From Alphaproteobacteria bacterium (lineage in GTDB: Bacteria > Pseudomonadota > Alphaproteobacteria > GCA-2731375): a DNA stretch of 64,000 nt. Location of the stretch: positions 288,001 to 352,000 of the forward strand of contig CBDDBZ010000038.1 in NCBI GenBank assembly GCA_965225945.1, written 5' to 3'. Position numbers and translations under genes: made by a program. Positions 60,486-64,000 of the stretch are shown one piece after another; positions within the stretch are counted from its first letter, which is position 1; every line of letters begins with the position of its first letter. Below the pieces are notes generated by a model, which was not told the DNA's origin, ran no database searches, and saw only the letters and a program-made list of their open reading frames with translations.

Positions 60486-60772
60486 CTAGTGGATAGAATC
60501 CAACACATGGTGCCCCTACGATCCCATATACTGGTTTCTCGGCAGGAGGGCGCCCGCCGGCGATGCCGGCACATCGTCAAGGGTGCCCGACGCAGCGAGA
60601 AGCCAGGATTTGGGAGAAGCCAGGATATGGGACCCGAAGGGCGGCTTCCCGAGCCCGCCGGACGCGTTGCCCGGCGCTTGTGATGCGCCCCCATCACGGC
60701 GCACCAGGCGCCTTTCCGGACGAGCTCGGGAAACCGTCGTAGGGGTACCATATGTTGGATTCTATCCACTAG
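60486..60772. mobile_element. Non-autonomous MITE (287 bp including CTAG ends), probably IS630-type
   Basis: About 36-bp terminal IRs CTAGTGGATAGAATCCAACACATGGTGCCCCTACGA / TCGTAGGGGTACCATATGTTGGATTCTATCCACTAG; internal IR; no transposase. Confidence 0.85.
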
Positions 60773-60791
60773 GGACCAGGGAGGCATCGAG

Positions 60792-61343
60792 ATGCGACGG
60801 TCGGGTTCATTCGCGCCGATACTTGTGGGCTGTCTTCTGCTGGCGAGCACCCTGGCGCAAGCCGCCGGCGAGACGACGCTCGATCGTTTCTTCGGCGAAT
60901 TCGTCGGCCGGACGAATTCCGAACGCGACCGGGGGCTCGACGAGCGGGATCTATCCATCACGATCGCGCCGGGCAAGAAGAAGGGCTTCTCCCTCGCCTG
61001 GACGACCGTGATTCCGCGCGTCGACGGCACCACGTCGCGCAAGTCCATCAAGATAAATTTTCAGCCGAGCAAGCGGGAATACATTTACAGCGCCGGCATG
61101 CAACAGAACTATTTCGGCGGTTGGGTGCCACTCGACCCGATGAAGGGGGAGCCCTACTACTGGGCGCGGGTTCGGGGCGATACGATGACCGTCTACGCCC
61201 TGCACGTGATCGACGACGGCTCCTATGAGATACAGGTCTCCGAACGCCGGCTGACCGACGACGGCATGGCTCTGACCTTCACCCGAACGCGGAGAGGCGA
61301 GATCCTCAAGACCATAACCGGCGTCCTGAAGCGGAAGAAGTAG
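60792..61343 (+). CDS. Secreted hypothetical protein, beta-rich
   Basis: GGAGG RBS; signal peptide ...LLLASTLAQAA. Confidence 0.8.
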   Translation: MRRSGSFAPILVGCLLLASTLAQAAGETTLDRFFGEFVGRTNSERDRGLDERDLSITIAPGKKKGFSLAWTTVIPRVDGTTSRKSIKINFQPSKREYIYSAGMQQNYFGGWVPLDPMKGEPYYWARVRGDTMTVYALHVIDDGSYEIQVSERRLTDDGMALTFTRTRRGEILKTITGVLKRKK

Positions 61344-61374
61344 CGCACCCCCCCGTCCACCCCTCGCCCCGATC

Positions 61375-61409
61375 CTAGCGGGTACCATATGTTGGATTCT
61401 ATCCACTAG
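61375..61409. repeat. Solo right end of the MITE
   Basis: 61380-61409 identical to 60743-60772; CTAG on both sides. Confidence 0.85.
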
Positions 61410-63026
61410 CGGCCTGTCGGACTGAGGTCCGCGAGAAGGGGTGTGGACGGATCGGGATGTGGAGAGGTCATGGGTTCGGGCATCTTTCGTGAGGACATGG
61501 CGTCCGGCCGCTTGCTCGCGTGTATCGCGAGGCGAGCATACACTTTAGGCCCTTTCGCGAGGACACGGAGTTGGGCCGCTTGCTCACGCGTATTGCAGGG
61601 TGAACATTCTTTTGATGTTCCAAGCCAGGGTCACCAAGTTCCATTCGCCCCTGACCTTGTCCAGGCCGCGTAGCGAGAACTGGCGGAAGCCCATCACCGA
61701 TTTGATGATGCCGAACACCGGTTCCGGCGTTTGCTTGCGCAGGGCGTAGAGTTGCCGGCCCTCGGGCGAGGCCAGTCGATGGCGCATCGCTTCCAGCGGC
61801 GTCGGGTTCTCCGGGGGCGGCGGTGCTCCGGCGAAGCGGTCCTTCCAGGAGAGATGATGGTGCTCCCGAGCGGGCGCGATCAGCGGCGCGATCCCGGCCT
61901 CGGCGCAGGCCTTCACGTTGGCCTCGCTGAAGTAGCCGCTGTCCGCCAGCAGGGTCTCGGGCGCGCCCAGCGCCTCGGAGAGCCGCTCGAGCGCTTCCAG
62001 CGCCGGCTCGATGTGTTGCTTGTCGTTGGGGGCCTGGACCACATCGTTGGTGACCACCAGCAGGCTGTCGACCGCCACCGTGGCCTGGGCGTTGTAAGAC
62101 TGTTCGAAGCCACCGCCGGCCACCGGCATGATGCGCGAGTCCGCGTCCGTCAGATTGACTTGGTCCTTCGGCCCGGGCCCGGCCACCGGCGGCTTGGGCG
62201 GACGGCCGCCCGGCTTGCGGCCCGTCTTCTCGGCCTTCTCCGCGCGCGCCTAGAGCTTCGCCTCGTACTCGGCCCGCTCCCGCTCATGGCGTTCGCGCGC
62301 CCGCGCCTCGATCGCCGCCTTGGCCTCGGCGATGCGGGCCAGACGATCCTCGCGCCGGGCCAGTTCTTCCGGTACCGACATCCCGTCCGGCACATCCGCC
62401 GCATCGGCCGCCTCCGCCAGCCTCATCAGTTCCACCACCTCGGCCTTCAACCGGGCTTCGATCTCGCAGGCGTGTTTCCACGACAAGGCACTGTGGCGGC
62501 TCGCGTTGGCATGCACCTTGGTGCCGTCCAGCGCCACCGTGCCCAGCTTCAGCAGCCCGGTTTCCCGAGCCAGCAGCAGCACCTCGACGAACAGCCCTTC
62601 GATCGAAACGAGAAAGCGCCGCCGGAAGCTGGCGATGGTGTCGTGGTCGGGATGGTCGTTGGCGGCGATGAAGCGGAAGGCCACCGAATCATAGCTCGCG
62701 CGCTCCAGCTTGCGGCTCGAAAACACTCCCGTGGCGTAGCCGTAGACCAGAAGCCCCAGCAGCACGCTCGGGTGATAGGACGCCGAGCCCGAGCCGCGAT
62801 AGGCCTTCACGAACGCCGAGAGGTCCAACTGCTCGATCACCTCGACCACGAAGCGCGCCAGATGCCGCTCGGGAAGCCATTCATCCACCGACGGCGGCAG
62901 CAGAAACCCCGTCTCGCGGTCCACCGCTCGGAAGTTGCTCATCACGGCCTCCATCAATCGCGGGCGAATCAATCGATGCCATCGAATCAGATCACACCCC
63001 TCGGCTCAAGTCCGACAGGCTGCTAG
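61406..63026 (-). mobile_element. IS1182-family insertion sequence at CTAG
   Basis: CTAGCGGCCTGTCGGACT ... AGTCCGACAGGCTGCTAG. Confidence 0.9.
61584..62942 (-). pseudogene. IS1182 transposase with an in-frame TAG at 62250-62252
   Basis: LLPPSVDEWLP, SSRKLE, PDHDTIA, DGTKVHANAS, then NLTDADSRIM, LADSGY, EPVFGIIK in the same frame across the TAG. Confidence 0.88.
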
Positions 63027-63201
63027 GGGAGCGCTATCGACGACGTGCGGTCGATCCCGTCCCGCCCTCGCTTCACGCCATTCGCCCTGCCATTCGTTCT
63101 GGTCGAGTCGGGTCGGAATCGTTTACACTCACGGGCGACGACATCGGCCGGCCGGCGGGGCGCGGCCCGGCGGGGCCGACCGCGATGCGAGGGTGCGACA
63201 C

Positions 63202-63915
63202 ATGTTCAATCTCAAGCGCCAACGACAATTCGACAAGGTAAAGCTCGTCTATGGCTCGCACGGCAACCGGGACGACGGGCTCTGCGCGATGGAAGTGGTC
63301 GCCTATCTCGCGGGCGAGAGCCATTCGGACCATCCCGACTGCGCCTGTCCGGTGCTCACCGGCTACACCATCCGGATGAACGACGCCATGACCGACGACT
63401 GGCGCCAGCGGCTGAAGCCCTATCTGCCGTTGCTGATCGAGAGTCGCGACGGGCGCGAGGTCGAGCGGGCCGAGCTCCTGGCCTGGCGCGCGGTCCAGGT
63501 GTTCCTGCCGTTGGCGCTGGACGCCTGCCAGCTGCCGGACCTCGCCCGTCGATTCCGAGCCATGTCCGGTCGGCTCGACCGGGCGGCCGACGCGGCCTAT
63601 GCCGCCTATGGCGCGGCCAGCGGGTCGTCGGCCCGCTCGCGGGCCGTCAATACCGGACAGGCCTGCGCCATGCACGCGGCCCGGGCGGCCTATGCCGCGC
63701 ACGCGGCCGGCGCCGCCAGGGCGCCGCATATCGGCCGCGCGGTCGAGGCCTCCGATGCCGCCGACGCGGCGATCGCCCTGACACGGGTCCTGCCGGCGGG
63801 GGAGGTCTGGCCGCTGGCGCTGGAGGCCTTGGACGCGGCGCTGGAAATCGGCGCCGACGCACGGGCGGCCCAGATGGAAGCGCCGCGCCCGGCGGAACTC
63901 GTCGCCGGTCGCTGA
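63202..63915 (+). CDS. Hypothetical protein with GSH...C-x-ME...SDHP-x-C-x-CP motif and Ala-rich helical tail
   Basis: GAGGG RBS; GSHGNRDDGLCAMEVVAYLAGESHSDHPDCACPVL. Confidence 0.75.
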   Translation: MFNLKRQRQFDKVKLVYGSHGNRDDGLCAMEVVAYLAGESHSDHPDCACPVLTGYTIRMNDAMTDDWRQRLKPYLPLLIESRDGREVERAELLAWRAVQVFLPLALDACQLPDLARRFRAMSGRLDRAADAAYAAYGAASGSSARSRAVNTGQACAMHAARAAYAAHAAGAARAPHIGRAVEASDAADAAIALTRVLPAGEVWPLALEALDAALEIGADARAAQMEAPRPAELVAGR

Positions 63916-64000
63916 GCCGATCCGAGCCGACGGCCGAGGCGGCGGCGAAGACGGGCGGGCATCATGGCTAGCGATGACGAGGGCGATGACGAGGACGCCC

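Noticed and set aside
13929-62252. Amber (TAG) read-through or pyrrolysine recoding, suggested by three in-frame TAGs (13929, 16309, 62250)
   Set aside because: All three are in transposases or an already broken gene. Intact genes such as sdhA, sdhB and prpE end normally at TAG, and no pyl genes are present. Nonsense mutation is the simpler explanation.
63964-64000. Start of a CDS (MASDDEGDDEDA) at the window edge
   Set aside because: Only 12 codons are visible, too little to call.

Overview
GC-rich bacterial chromosomal window, most consistent with an alphaproteobacterium (inferred from sdhCDAB, purH, prpE, a GapR/DUF2312 fragment and TolB/TPR and BTAD proteins). Housekeeping and catabolic genes are interleaved with many mobile elements. 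These are a class IIC group II intron inserted right after the sdh terminator with an ISAba1-like IS4 nested inside it, an IS1595, an IS3-like element with a 14-bp TSD, two IS630s, an IS21, an IS1182, an IS630-type MITE family and REP/RAYT-like hairpins. Features not visible in the ORF track: (1) a UGA-recoded GrdB/PrdB-like selenoprotein (UxxC motif plus a SECIS-like hairpin 11 nt after UGA) in an acyl-CoA catabolic gene cluster with no Stickland partners; (2) the nested IS supplies a new in-frame start codon, overlapping its own stop, for the intron RT it interrupted; (3) one secreted TPR gene can be reassembled from four fragments split by three ISs; (4) hairpin elements with one-sided tandem re-duplication of one arm, one next to a probable RAYT remnant; (5) several short frame-breaking tandem duplications; (6) CysNC with three motif substitutions. 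No rRNA, tRNA or CRISPR array was recognised. All family assignments come from motif recognition by eye; no searches were run.
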